DNA of 64,000 bases, taken from NCBI GenBank assembly GCA_964631935.1, contig CAZWAV010000001.1, forward strand, positions 4,979-68,978, given 5' to 3'. Position numbers and translations under genes: made by a program. The notes under the pieces were generated by a model. That model was given only the letters and a program-made list of their open reading frames with translations, ran no database searches and was not told the DNA's origin. Of the stretch, positions 27,160 through 37,253 are shown piece by piece (position 1 is the stretch's first letter; every line of letters starts with the position of its first letter). The DNA comes from an uncultured Candidatus Saccharibacteria bacterium (lineage in GTDB: Bacteria > Patescibacteriota > Minisyncoccia > Phycocordibacterales > UBA9973).

Positions 27160-27186
27160 TTAAAAAAACCGCACTATTTGCGGCGC
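27160..27186 (-). promoter_or_regulatory. Terminator-like hairpin + U7 located 12 nt upstream of the rpsA start codon (possible leader attenuator)
   Basis: Minus strand: GCGCCGCAAATAGTGCGG TTTTTTT AATACAAAATTT ATG. Confidence 0.35.
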
Positions 27187-27307
27187 AGGATGAGAGTCTT
27201 TTGAAATATTGGCCTTCCAATTACGTCATCAGGGTTAATCTCAAGCTGGGCTTATAATCTGCTTACTCTACTACGTTTTTATTACTTTTGCAATAGAAAG
27301 TAGGGGA

Positions 27308-27336
27308 TTGACATACGTGTCATTTTAATGTACACT
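27308..27336 (+). promoter_or_regulatory. sigma70-like promoter TTGACA-17-TACACT
   Basis: Read directly from sequence. Upstream of the 27449 gene. Confidence 0.5.
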
Positions 27337-27448
27337 ATGAGCCATTATTAGTTCCTCGACAAATGTTTTATTGTCGGTATCTTTCATTTTTTCCGCAATA
27401 TATTTGTAGGTAAAATGAAGGATATCTTCAAAACTTAAAACAATAAAC

Positions 27449-29092
27449 ATGAAAAAGGTAATCTACCTATCTCTGCTCTCACTGATTACAGTCAGGGTAA
27501 GTTCTCAAATACCAGTCAAAATTTGGACATTTTCTAATGTTTCAGGAACTGCTACAAGAGTACTCACTCGTTTACCGAGCAATCTAAACAAAGCGGTGGT
27601 TGCTGATCAAGCAGCCGGGTTAATCGAATTGGTTGATGTAACAACATCGACAGTTACAAAAACACCAATCGTTGGTCTTAATGCAACTACAGATTTTGCA
27701 TTAGGGACTCACAAGTCTCCAAATGCTACAGCTGACACGCTTGTTGGCTCATTTGCTTCTGGTGGTTCGAATTACATTTTTGCCCCGATAAATATCGCTG
27801 GTACAAGTGCAAGTATAGACACCAGATGGAGTATTTCTGGAAACAATGGGCGAGCTTATCATTCGATTTTACTTTTACCTTCTGGTAATAGGCAAGTCTA
27901 TTTCGATAAGAATCCTGCTTTTGCAAGTAGTCCGTTTGACTGCTATGTTAATGGAATTCAGATAACGGGCCATTTTGCAGAATTAACCCCTTCGGGTGGG
28001 GTGATTCAAACACAGTGTGAACCGAGTATTTTGGTTCCACCGGTGGTCCCGCCTATTCCAATGGTTAACGAACCGTTTTATCTGTTGTCCGGTGATATAT
28101 TTTACCCCGGATCATTTACAACAGTAAATGGAGTAGCTTCAGGTAAGGCATTCAAGCTTAGCGCTGATGGTACAGTTGTTACCCCCTTAAGCCTAAGTAA
28201 TTCTAATCAAGCCAATGTCTACACAGCAGGTGGCAGGATTGGGACTAATGGAGTTACTTATATTGCCTATAGTTCAGGAGTGCTGGGAACCCCATTGATA
28301 ACTTTTGATGAAAATACCAACACATTCGGATCTGTGGGAGCGCCACTTGTGTATCAAAATCCACAAAGTGCTCCATTTGAAAAGAATGGAAAAATGTACG
28401 TGACCGGTTCAACACCTATTTCAGCTTCAACAGGAAGCACAATATTGGCTCTAGACATGGTGACTTCTACTTGGGAGGATAATGATAATGGGCTATGGAT
28501 TAACGGTTATGCTGCAAACCAGACTGTGACCCAGATATTTTTTGGTGTTACAGGAGATTGTGGATTTATTTTCGGTAATATGGGTCAAAATACTGGTACT
28601 CTCGCGAGCAATGTATCATTTCAAGCTGCAATGTGCCCGCCAGTTGTTCTTGCTTTCGGTATGGAATTAAAGTTTGTACGTAAAAATGATTTCGAAATCA
28701 CATTACATTTTACAAATGTGGATCAGAGTACAGTTTTACAGAAAAGTACTAACGGAGTTAATTTCATAGACTTACCAAATGCTTTAGGGGTAAACAGTGA
28801 AGGTAATGTAAAAGTAGGGAATATCACAACAGGAGATTCTTATTTCAGATTAAGATCAGTCAACACTTACTCAAATATTGTAAGGGTTGCATCATCAAAA
28901 GATAACATCACTGTTATGGGTTTGAATGTTTATTTCCCCAATGGTAATACATTGGAAGTTTACAACACGTTGGGTCAAAAAGTTGCTATATACAAAAACG
29001 GCAACGCGATCCTAACACAAAAGGGTATTTTAATTTTAGCTTCTATTTCACCTAACGGGGAAAGAGAAATTAAGAAAGTATTTATCCAATAA
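27449..29092 (+). CDS. Secreted protein with T9SS-type C-terminal sorting domain look-alike
   Basis: Signal peptide. The last ~75 aa (...LNVYFPNGNTLEVYNTLGQKVAIYKNGNAILTQKGILILASISPNGEREIKKVFIQ) resemble the Por_Secre_tail/TIGR04183 pattern. Confidence 0.5.
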   Translation: MKKVIYLSLLSLITVRVSSQIPVKIWTFSNVSGTATRVLTRLPSNLNKAVVADQAAGLIELVDVTTSTVTKTPIVGLNATTDFALGTHKSPNATADTLVGSFASGGSNYIFAPINIAGTSASIDTRWSISGNNGRAYHSILLLPSGNRQVYFDKNPAFASSPFDCYVNGIQITGHFAELTPSGGVIQTQCEPSILVPPVVPPIPMVNEPFYLLSGDIFYPGSFTTVNGVASGKAFKLSADGTVVTPLSLSNSNQANVYTAGGRIGTNGVTYIAYSSGVLGTPLITFDENTNTFGSVGAPLVYQNPQSAPFEKNGKMYVTGSTPISASTGSTILALDMVTSTWEDNDNGLWINGYAANQTVTQIFFGVTGDCGFIFGNMGQNTGTLASNVSFQAAMCPPVVLAFGMELKFVRKNDFEITLHFTNVDQSTVLQKSTNGVNFIDLPNALGVNSEGNVKVGNITTGDSYFRLRSVNTYSNIVRVASSKDNITVMGLNVYFPNGNTLEVYNTLGQKVAIYKNGNAILTQKGILILASISPNGEREIKKVFIQ

Positions 29093-29114
29093 AAATTTAA
29101 AGTTTAAAATAATA

Positions 29115-29148
29115 CCAGCTTCCTTGAAAAAGGGAGCTGTTTTTTTAT
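29115..29148 (+). terminator. Rho-independent terminator
   Basis: CAGCTTCC...GGGAGCTG followed by T7. Confidence 0.75.
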
Positions 29149-29271
29149 TTATAATCTGACAAAAATAACCCCTTGACTTTCTCTTATAAATTTGGTACAG
29201 TATGCACCTCATAGTAATGATATTGATTTATCACGGCTTTAATTATTAACAAGTTAAGTATTTACAAACAA

Positions 29272-30390
29272 ATGACAAAAAAGATTTTTTCATACGTTTT
29301 AGTTTTTGCTTTTGCATTTTTTATAAGTGCACAGACAATTCCTAAAATAGTTCGCGCAAGCCTTGCATTACCACAATGCCAAGACGGTTTAGATAACGAT
29401 TCTGATGGAGTTATAGATAACTTAGACCCACAGTGTCACACAGATGGCGATGCTTCTAATGCATTTTCATATGACGCAAATATCGACAATGAAGCTGCGC
29501 CTCCAGGTGGTGGTCTTGCATTACCACAATGCCAAGATGGTTTAGATAACGATTCTGATGGAGTTATAGATAACTTAGATCCACAGTGTCACACAGATGG
29601 CGATGCTTCTAATGCATTTTCATATGACGCAAATATCGACAATGAAGCTTCACCAGTAATAATAACTAGCGGAGGTGGAGGAGGAGGTGGACATCATCTA
29701 TGTTCTGATACATTAGATAATGACAGTGATGGAGTTGTCGATTCAGCTGATCCAGGATGTCATAGTGATGGCGATCCTACTAACACTGCTTCATATAACC
29801 CATTCGATGATAGTGAATTAAACACAAATACTGTAACTACAGCTCCAGTGCCACAAGTTCTGGGTGCTACTACTGGTCCAGTAGAATGTGGTGGTCTTAC
29901 AGGCCGACCATGTTCATTACAGAAGACAGGTGGTACAGAAGTATCTCAAAGAACTCTATTAAACAGAAAGGCAAATGCTATTGCAATGAGTGAACACAAT
30001 GAACTAATTATTCCAAAGCTAGGAATAGACAAAAATGTTCTCTACTATCAATCAACTGACTCTCTATTTAAGGAAGCAATGCTCCTACCTTGGACATCTA
30101 CGCCAGATAAAGGTGGTAACACTGTTCTTGTCGGACATGCTTACTACCTTAGAAATAATATTTACTCTAAGTCTACATTTTATGAACTAGATAAAATGTC
30201 TGCTGGCGACGAAATTACGATGTACTGGAAAGGAGTAAAATACACATACATAGTAAAAGAAATGAAGAAAGTGACTCCAGACCAAATAGATATTGAAAGT
30301 CCTACAACAACACCGACTCTCACTATTTATTCTTGTGGACGATTCACGAATCTTACAAGAACAGTAGTTGTAGCTACTCTTAAGGCCTAA
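29272..30390 (+). CDS. Secreted sortase-domain protein with N-terminal Cys/Asp-rich Ca-binding-like repeats
   Basis: Signal peptide. Three repeats of QCxDGxDNDSDGVxDxxDPxCH. The C-terminal domain carries NTVLVGHAYY...GDEITMYWKGVKYTYIV...TLTIYSCGRF...R, matching the sortase His, TLxTC-like Cys and Arg. Confidence 0.6.
   Translation: MTKKIFSYVLVFAFAFFISAQTIPKIVRASLALPQCQDGLDNDSDGVIDNLDPQCHTDGDASNAFSYDANIDNEAAPPGGGLALPQCQDGLDNDSDGVIDNLDPQCHTDGDASNAFSYDANIDNEASPVIITSGGGGGGGHHLCSDTLDNDSDGVVDSADPGCHSDGDPTNTASYNPFDDSELNTNTVTTAPVPQVLGATTGPVECGGLTGRPCSLQKTGGTEVSQRTLLNRKANAIAMSEHNELIIPKLGIDKNVLYYQSTDSLFKEAMLLPWTSTPDKGGNTVLVGHAYYLRNNIYSKSTFYELDKMSAGDEITMYWKGVKYTYIVKEMKKVTPDQIDIESPTTTPTLTIYSCGRFTNLTRTVVVATLKA
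29362..29650 (+). repeat. Near-identical in-frame tandem duplication (2 x 136 bp, period 153 bp, 3 mismatches) inside the sortase-domain gene
   Basis: Unit 1 at 29362-29497 and unit 2 at 29515-29650 were compared base by base. Confidence 0.9.
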
Positions 30391-30403
30391 ATCTAACATT
30401 AAT

Positions 30404-30427
30404 AAAACCCCTCATTTGAGGGGTTTT
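30404..30427 (+). terminator. Rho-independent terminator
   Basis: AAAACCCCTCA-TT-TGAGGGGTTTT. Confidence 0.8.
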
Positions 30428-30488
30428 ATTAATGTGTAAAAAGTATTTAGACCCTTTTAATTTTGGTTAAATTTGTTATAATAGTCTC

Positions 30489-31115
30489 ATGATTATTACA
30501 TATCTCGGTAAGCAATTCTTCAAAATACAGCAAGGGGAGTTAGTTATCGCATTTAACCCTATTAGCAAAGATTCAAAATCAAAAGACTTGGTGTCACGAT
30601 TCGGTGCTGCTATTGCTTTGTCGACCACTAATCACCCAGACTACAATGGTATCGATATGCTTTCTCATGGAGAGACAGTCCCATTTGAAATAAATGGCCC
30701 AGGAGACTATGAAGTTAAAGACATTTTCATAAAAGGTATTTTAAATGAAACAACTATCGGAGGAAAGAAGTACATCAATACTATATACTCACTATCTATA
30801 GAAGGTATATCAATATGTTTCCTCGGTGCTGTGTCTCAAGGGAAACTTTCCGCTGAAGTGTATGGACAAATTGAATCACCTGATATTTTATTTGTTCCTG
30901 TTGGTAATAATGACTTACTTAACCCATCAGAAGCTTATAAGCTTGCAGTTTCTCTTGAGCCGAAAATTATTATTCCTATGGAGTATGATCAAGCTACACT
31001 TAAGGCATTTCTAAAAGAAGGAGGTCAAGAGAAAGTTACACCAGTAGAAAAGCTAACAATCAAAGCTAAAGAGCTAATAGGTCGCCAAGGTGATATAATA
31101 GTATTGTCCTCATAA
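30489..31115 (+). CDS. MBL-fold (UPF0173-like) protein with degenerate metal-binding motif
   Basis: MIITYLGKQFF...ISICFLG...ILFVPVG...IIIPMEY follows the MBL beta-sheet pattern, but the HxHxDH motif is replaced by TTNHPDY. Confidence 0.4.
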   Translation: MIITYLGKQFFKIQQGELVIAFNPISKDSKSKDLVSRFGAAIALSTTNHPDYNGIDMLSHGETVPFEINGPGDYEVKDIFIKGILNETTIGGKKYINTIYSLSIEGISICFLGAVSQGKLSAEVYGQIESPDILFVPVGNNDLLNPSEAYKLAVSLEPKIIIPMEYDQATLKAFLKEGGQEKVTPVEKLTIKAKELIGRQGDIIVLSS

Positions 31116-31120
31116 TATTT

Positions 31121-31447
31121 ATGAATGAATATATTAAAAAGTTACAATCAAAACCAGAAGATGTTCGTAAAAGAATATTAGTAGGTTCACTTATTGGATC
31201 AATGGCTTTTGTGGCGCTTGTCTGGGGTTATAATTTAAGCGATAGATTTAATGGCGAGAAAGCACCTGAACAAGTTGCAACTTCAGAGTCTAATATAAAA
31301 CCATTTGAACTTTTTACAAATTCTATAGGGAATACATATAAAAATATTACAGCGAGCGTGGGTAATATTTTTTCCAAAAAAGAAGTTGCAACTGGTGGAG
31401 ATAAGCAGATAGACCTTATCGTAGTAGAGCATTCAGAAACCCAATAA
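31121..31447 (+). CDS. Small membrane protein, unknown function
   Basis: Single TM helix. Translationally coupled to gyrA. Confidence 0.4.
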   Translation: MNEYIKKLQSKPEDVRKRILVGSLIGSMAFVALVWGYNLSDRFNGEKAPEQVATSESNIKPFELFTNSIGNTYKNITASVGNIFSKKEVATGGDKQIDLIVVEHSETQ

Positions 31448-31448
31448 T

Positions 31449-33896
31449 ATGGCAAAAGAAGAACCGATAAAAAAAGAACATGTAAATGTTGTTTCAGTAA
31501 ATATTAGCTCTGAAATGAAAGAATCATTCATCGACTACGCGATGTCTGTTATTACTGATCGTGCATTACCAGATGTTCGTGACGGATTGAAGCCTGTGCA
31601 TAGACGCATACTCTATGCGATGAATGAAATGGGGCTAAATTATAGTAGTCGCTTTCGTAAGTCTGCGACAGTAGTGGGTGACGTGCTAGGTAAATATCAT
31701 CCACACGGAGATGTTGCCGTTTATGACTCTATGGTTGGTATGGCTCAAGATTTTTCTTATCGCTATCCATTAATATTTGGCCAAGGAAACTTCGGATCAA
31801 TAGATGGTGACGGTGCTGCGGCCATGCGTTATACAGAAGCGAAAATGTCTCGCCTCTCATCTTATCTACTTCTTGATCTTGAGAAAGAGACAGTGGATTT
31901 TCGTCCGAACTATGATCAGACTCGCAAGGAGCCTATTGTTCTCCCAACTGCAGTTCCAAGCTTGTTACTCAATGGAACTCTTGGTATTGCTGTTGGTATG
32001 GCGACAAATATCCCACCTCACAACTTGGCTGAGACTATTGATGCAACTATACATCTTATAGAAAACAAAGATGCTACAACAGAAGATTTAATGGAATTTA
32101 TTAAAGGACCCGACTTTCCGATGGGTGGTGTTGTGTATGGCCAAGCAGATTTACTTCATGCATATTCTACTGGTCGTGGAGGTGTAGTGACTCGTGGTGA
32201 AGCAGAAATAATCGAGCAGAAGACTGGTACGTTCCAAATCATCATTACTTCTATTCCGTATCGTGTAAACAAATCTGCATTGATTGAATCTATTGCAGCT
32301 CTTGTGCAAGAAAAGAAACTCGAAGGCATCAAAGGTCTTCGTGATGAATCAGCAAAGGATATCCGCATAGCTATTGATTTAAAAGCAGGAGTATTTCCTC
32401 AAAAAGTTTTAAATTATATATATAAACATACTCAACTTGAACAATCTTTCAATTTTAATATTGTTGCCCTTGTTGATGGGGTACCCCAGACATTATCTCT
32501 CAAGAGTCTACTTTCTGAGTTTATAGGTCACCGTGTTGTAGTTGTGCGTCGTCGTACTGAATATGATCTGCGTCGTGCTAAAGAACGCGAGCATATATTG
32601 CTTGGTCTTAAAAAAGCGCTAGATCATATTGATCGAGTTATCTCTATAATCCGTGCATCTAAAGACACTGCAATTGCAAAGGTAAACTTGATGAAAGAAT
32701 TTAAATTCTCCGATCTTCAGGCGACAGCTATTCTAGATATGAAGCTAGCAAAGCTTGCTGGTCTTGAACGTAAAAACGTAGAGCTCGAATTAAAAGAAAA
32801 ACAAGAACTAATTAAAGAATTGGAAGCATTACTTGCAAGTCCTAAAAAAATGCTAGGAGTCATTTCTGATGAACTAAAGGCAATAAGAGAAAAAAATGCC
32901 GACGAGCGTCGCACTCGCATAATCAAGGGTGGCGTTAAAGCTATTAATGAAGAAGACCTTATTCCAGAGAAAGAATCAGTGCTTGTATTCACAAAGGGTG
33001 GATATGTAAAGCGTACAGATCCTGGTGAATATCGCGCTCAGCGTCGTGGTGGTGTGGGAGTCATAGATATAGAAACGAAAGATGAAGATTTCGTGACAAT
33101 GCTTGCAGGAGCCAATACCCACAGTGATTTACTTTTCTTTACCAATCGTGGTAAAGCATACCAGATAAAGATGTATGATATTCCAGAAGGTAAGCGCGCG
33201 ACAAAGGGTAAATCAATAATGAACTTTATTTCTCTTGAATCAGATGAGAAGGTTACTTCAATACTTCCTATTGGTAAAGAAGAAAAGAAAACAGTAGAAA
33301 GCTTGATGATGGTCACAACACAGGGTGTAGTGAAGAAAGTCTCAGCTGAGAGCTTTAAAGATGTACGTCGAAGTGGCCTTATTGCTATTTCACTTGGCAA
33401 AGACGATGAACTCCAAGCAGTACTTCCAATAACAAAAGGTGATGATGTAATGCTCGCAACTACTCTTGGTCAATCTATAAGATTCAAAGAATCAGATGTT
33501 CGTGAAATGGGGCGCTCCGCAGGGGGAGTACGTGCCATTAAGCTTGGCAAAGGAGATGTGGTAATCGGAGTAGATCGTATACCAAAAGGCGAGACAAGTC
33601 TGGCATTCCTCTCACTTTCTTCAAATGGCCTAGGTAAGAAGACTAATATAAAAGAATACAAAACACAAAATCGTGGTGGCTCAGGCATAAAGACAGCAAA
33701 AGTTACACCAAAGACTGGTAAGCTTATCGTGGCTAAAATTGTCGGAGATGAAAACGAGATCATTGCAGTATCACAGAAAGGCCAAGTCATACGTGTAGAT
33801 CTCAAATCAATTCCTACTTCTGGTCGCCAGACTCAAGGTGTAACTATTATGAAGCTCCGACCCGGGGATTCGATTGCATCAATTACTTGTTTATAA
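31449..33896 (+). CDS. gyrA: DNA gyrase subunit A
   Basis: [23 protein letters not shown], active-site AAAMRYTEA, and C-terminal beta-pinwheel repeats. Confidence 0.95.
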   Translation: MAKEEPIKKEHVNVVSVNISSEMKESFIDYAMSVITDRALPDVRDGLKPVHRRILYAMNEMGLNYSSRFRKSATVVGDVLGKYHPHGDVAVYDSMVGMAQDFSYRYPLIFGQGNFGSIDGDGAAAMRYTEAKMSRLSSYLLLDLEKETVDFRPNYDQTRKEPIVLPTAVPSLLLNGTLGIAVGMATNIPPHNLAETIDATIHLIENKDATTEDLMEFIKGPDFPMGGVVYGQADLLHAYSTGRGGVVTRGEAEIIEQKTGTFQIIITSIPYRVNKSALIESIAALVQEKKLEGIKGLRDESAKDIRIAIDLKAGVFPQKVLNYIYKHTQLEQSFNFNIVALVDGVPQTLSLKSLLSEFIGHRVVVVRRRTEYDLRRAKEREHILLGLKKALDHIDRVISIIRASKDTAIAKVNLMKEFKFSDLQATAILDMKLAKLAGLERKNVELELKEKQELIKELEALLASPKKMLGVISDELKAIREKNADERRTRIIKGGVKAINEEDLIPEKESVLVFTKGGYVKRTDPGEYRAQRRGGVGVIDIETKDEDFVTMLAGANTHSDLLFFTNRGKAYQIKMYDIPEGKRATKGKSIMNFISLESDEKVTSILPIGKEEKKTVESLMMVTTQGVVKKVSAESFKDVRRSGLIAISLGKDDELQAVLPITKGDDVMLATTLGQSIRFKESDVREMGRSAGGVRAIKLGKGDVVIGVDRIPKGETSLAFLSLSSNGLGKKTNIKEYKTQNRGGSGIKTAKVTPKTGKLIVAKIVGDENEIIAVSQKGQVIRVDLKSIPTSGRQTQGVTIMKLRPGDSIASITCL

Positions 33897-33902
33897 GATA
33901 AG

Positions 33903-33950
33903 TTAACGTAATAAAAAATACCTCTTATTGGGGTATTTTTTATTACGTTA
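33903..33950 (+). terminator. Terminator embedded in a perfect 19-bp inverted repeat
   Basis: TAACGTAATAAAAAATACC-tcttattgg-GGTATTTTTTATTACGTTA. Confidence 0.75.
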
Positions 33951-33966
33951 TGTTATAATTAAACAT

Positions 33967-34494
33967 ATGTTTTCAAACCCAGAACAAAATATTGCATCTC
34001 TTTCTTTAAAGGAAGGTATGCGTGTTGCTGACTTAGGCGCTGGAACTGGGTTCTATTCTATAGAGGCAAGTAAAAGAGTCGGTCATACTGGTAAAGTCTA
34101 TGCTGTTGAAGTTCAGAAAGACATGGTTAAGAAACTAGAAAGCGAACTAAAAGAAAAAGGAATTAAAAATGTCGATTGTATTTGGGGTGACATAGAAAAA
34201 TCAGGTGGTACTAAAATTGCAGATGGGAGTATTGATGCTGTGGTACTTTCTAATATTTTGTTTCAAGTTTCTGATAAACTTGGTCTTATAGATGAAGCAA
34301 AAAGAATATTAAAAAAAGGCGGTAAGGTTTTATTGGTAGATTGGATGGAGTCATATGGAGGTATGGGTCCAGCACCTCATCATGTAGTTACAGAGAAAGT
34401 GGCACAAGAACTTTTCGATAAAAGAGGTTTTAAAACACTAGAAAATATTTCTTCCTCCGACCATCATTATGGTATAATTTTTACACATGAATAA
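33967..34494 (+). CDS. Class I SAM-dependent methyltransferase
   Basis: VADLGAGTGFYSIEA motif I followed by an acidic motif II (VLLVDW). Confidence 0.7.
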   Translation: MFSNPEQNIASLSLKEGMRVADLGAGTGFYSIEASKRVGHTGKVYAVEVQKDMVKKLESELKEKGIKNVDCIWGDIEKSGGTKIADGSIDAVVLSNILFQVSDKLGLIDEAKRILKKGGKVLLVDWMESYGGMGPAPHHVVTEKVAQELFDKRGFKTLENISSSDHHYGIIFTHE

Positions 34495-35794
34495 TTTCCA
34501 GACAATTTTAGTTTCTGTATTCTTGGCTTTCTTTGTATTTGCTGTCTTGATATTCTCTGGACTCTTAAAAATTGGTAATTCTTCAAATAAAGATACTTCT
34601 AAGCCAGTAGGTAAAGTTGTTATTTGGGGCACTTTTCCGAATACACCTGAATTTTCTAAGGTCTTTGAAGATACGAATAGTGCTAATCTAGACCTGACTA
34701 TTAGTTATAAAAAACAATCAGAATCAACATATAAGCAGTCTCTTATAGAGGCATTTGCTTCTGGTAAGGGGCCTGATTTATTTATAATAACCCCAGACAT
34801 GGTACAGAAGTTTGGTGATTTTATATATAAAGTGCCATATACTAGCTATGCACAGAAGACATTCCAGGATGCATTTATAGATGGAGCGAATGTTTATCTT
34901 TCAAGTGATGGAGTCATAGGTTTTCCAATCGCAGTGGACCCTATGGTGCTTTATTACAATAAGGATATTTTTTCTAATGAAGGCATCGTTTCTCCACCAC
35001 AATATTGGGATGATCTTTTCGGTTTGAGTAGTAGATTAACAAAGAAGAAAGATGATGGAACGATACTACAGAGCATGATAGCTCTTGGAAGATTTGATAA
35101 TATAAAACACTCGAAGGATATATTGGCAACATTACTTCTCCAAAGCAACAATCCTATTATAGAAAGAAGCTCTACTGGCTATGTATCAGTTCTTGATGAA
35201 AATGCGCAAGCTCTCCCAGTATCTCCAATAGAACAAATACTTAAATTTTTCATAGAATTTTCTAATCCATCCGACAATGCTTATTCATGGAATCGTTCGC
35301 TATCGAATTCTATGGATATGTTTACAGGAGGTAAACTCGCTATGTATATAGGGCGTGCCAGTGAGTTATTTAATATTGAATCAACAAATCCAAATTTAAG
35401 TTTTGATGTCACAAATATACTCCAGACACGAGGTACAAATATAAAACGTACATATGGAAATATTTATGCAATTGCTGTAAATAAAAAGTCTACCAACTTA
35501 ACTGCGGCTTTCGGTGTAGCTGGAATTCTTAGTACGGGCGATACAGCCAAGAATCTTGCCGTAGCACTTTCTCTACCTCCTGCATCAAAGACTTTACTTG
35601 CCACAAAACCAGCTGATCCATATCTTTTCACTTTCTTTAATTCAGCCATAGTTTCTCGCACATGGCTTGATCCTGATAGTACGCAGAGTGATGCTATCTT
35701 TGGGGAGTTAATCCAAAACGTCTTATCCAGTAAATTATCAATGGGTGATGCTATAGGTAAAGCTCAAGGCCAGCTTGATTCTATAAATAAATAA
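34487..35794 (+). CDS. Membrane-anchored extracellular solute-binding-protein-like protein (SBP family 1-like)
   Basis: N-terminal TM. VVIWGTF...GPDLFII...DPMVLYYNKDIF resembles MalE-type SBPs. No permease is adjacent. Confidence 0.45.
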   Translation: MNNFQTILVSVFLAFFVFAVLIFSGLLKIGNSSNKDTSKPVGKVVIWGTFPNTPEFSKVFEDTNSANLDLTISYKKQSESTYKQSLIEAFASGKGPDLFIITPDMVQKFGDFIYKVPYTSYAQKTFQDAFIDGANVYLSSDGVIGFPIAVDPMVLYYNKDIFSNEGIVSPPQYWDDLFGLSSRLTKKKDDGTILQSMIALGRFDNIKHSKDILATLLLQSNNPIIERSSTGYVSVLDENAQALPVSPIEQILKFFIEFSNPSDNAYSWNRSLSNSMDMFTGGKLAMYIGRASELFNIESTNPNLSFDVTNILQTRGTNIKRTYGNIYAIAVNKKSTNLTAAFGVAGILSTGDTAKNLAVALSLPPASKTLLATKPADPYLFTFFNSAIVSRTWLDPDSTQSDAIFGELIQNVLSSKLSMGDAIGKAQGQLDSINK

Positions 35795-35795
35795 T

Positions 35796-36266
35796 ATGAA
35801 AAAAAATATATCAATATCTATAATACTCCTCACAATACTGTTTGCCCCGTTTATTGGTACAAAGTTAGCCTACGTAGAAGCAAAGCCTATTGTTCCTGAT
35901 TGTGGAACCCTCTCTACTCCTACTGATAGTAGTGGTAATCCAAAAAAAGATTCTGCAGGTAACATAATCACACAAAAAGTCATAACTAATCCTTGTGATT
36001 TCGATGATTTAATGGATTTGATAAACAACCTCATTAACTTCTTGCTATTCGTTATTGCTACACCCCTCGTGGCAATCATACTTTGCTATGTAGGATTTAA
36101 ATTGCTTACTTCAGGGGGTAATTCAGAAGGTATGACTAAAGCCAAAACTATACTAAAGAATGTTATTTTTGGTTATATAATAGCTCTTATTGCATGGCTG
36201 CTTATAAAGACCATACTTACAACTGTAGGTATTGATCCAAAGGATGCTTTCCTTATTGAATTCTAA
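35796..36266 (+). CDS. VirB2/TrbC-like pilin paralog 1
   Basis: Signal peptide, a short variable domain with 2 Cys, then hydrophobic helix - charged loop (SGGNSEGMTKAK) - hydrophobic helix. Confidence 0.5.
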   Translation: MKKNISISIILLTILFAPFIGTKLAYVEAKPIVPDCGTLSTPTDSSGNPKKDSAGNIITQKVITNPCDFDDLMDLINNLINFLLFVIATPLVAIILCYVGFKLLTSGGNSEGMTKAKTILKNVIFGYIIALIAWLLIKTILTTVGIDPKDAFLIEF

Positions 36267-36297
36267 TTATCAACTAAATGTTATATAATAATCTCAT

Positions 36298-36819
36298 ATG
36301 AATATTTTCAGAGTAAAAGGTAAAAAATTAGTCTTAGAAATTACAAAATATCTTTTTGTCTTCTTGGTAGCTTTTGTTTTAATTAGACCAGTTTTTGCTG
36401 ATCCTTGTACGGGTCAAGACAATACTGGAACTCCTACTCCTTATGGTTGTACTTCTACAATTGATAATACCCAACAGAATAGTTCTACAATTGACAACAC
36501 AAAACCCAATACAGATACTGGTATAAAAATTAATTCAGGAATAAAAAACCCACTTGGTAATGGCTTTGGTTCTGACATTCCAACTTTCCTAGAATCAGTT
36601 TTAAATTTCTTTCTCCTAATAGGTATACCTATTATTACTTTGGCGATAATATACTGTGGTTTCCTTTTTGTTACAGCACAAGGCAATTCTGAGAAATTGA
36701 AAAAGGCCAAGCAAGCATTACTCTACACTATAGTTGGCGCAGCTCTATTACTTGGCTCTCTGGTTATAACTCGTGCCATTCAAGGTACAGTCGATGAAAT
36801 TAAAACTAACAATAAATAA
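36298..36819 (+). CDS. VirB2/TrbC-like pilin paralog 2
   Basis: Same TM-loop-TM C-terminal module (…CGFLFVTAQGNSEKLKKAKQALLYTIVGAALLLG…). Confidence 0.5.
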   Translation: MNIFRVKGKKLVLEITKYLFVFLVAFVLIRPVFADPCTGQDNTGTPTPYGCTSTIDNTQQNSSTIDNTKPNTDTGIKINSGIKNPLGNGFGSDIPTFLESVLNFFLLIGIPIITLAIIYCGFLFVTAQGNSEKLKKAKQALLYTIVGAALLLGSLVITRAIQGTVDEIKTNNK

Positions 36820-36822
36820 TTT

Positions 36823-37125
36823 ATGGATATTTGTAAAACAGCAGAGACAAAATTAGATAGCATTGGGCATATATTTAACTGGGCAAGTTGTACGCTTATT
36901 AAGTTTGTTGTGCCTCTACTTTTTTCTCTTGCGACAGTAGGGTTTATCTGGGGTATCATTCAATATTTCTTAAACCCCGATAATGAAGAAAAGCGTAAAA
37001 AAGGGAAGAGTTATATGATTTGGGGATTGATTGCTCTGTTTGTGATGGTGAGTATGTGGGGACTGGTTGGAGTACTGACGAAGACCTTCGGCATCCAGAC
37101 ACTTATTCCCCAGCTTTCACAGTAG
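36823..37125 (+). CDS. VirB2/TrbC-like pilin paralog 3
   Basis: …FIWGIIQYFLNPDNEEKRKKGKSYMIWGLIALFVMVSMWG…. Confidence 0.5.
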   Translation: MDICKTAETKLDSIGHIFNWASCTLIKFVVPLLFSLATVGFIWGIIQYFLNPDNEEKRKKGKSYMIWGLIALFVMVSMWGLVGVLTKTFGIQTLIPQLSQ

Positions 37126-37253
37126 GGTATTGTAATTTGTTAGTTCTTTTATGATATAATAGAGGGGTAAATAAGTAGATAGTACATTACCTGCGGTCGC
37201 AAGGTAATGACAAATTATTATAAGAGTTTTTTATTAATTAATTTAGTTAACTT

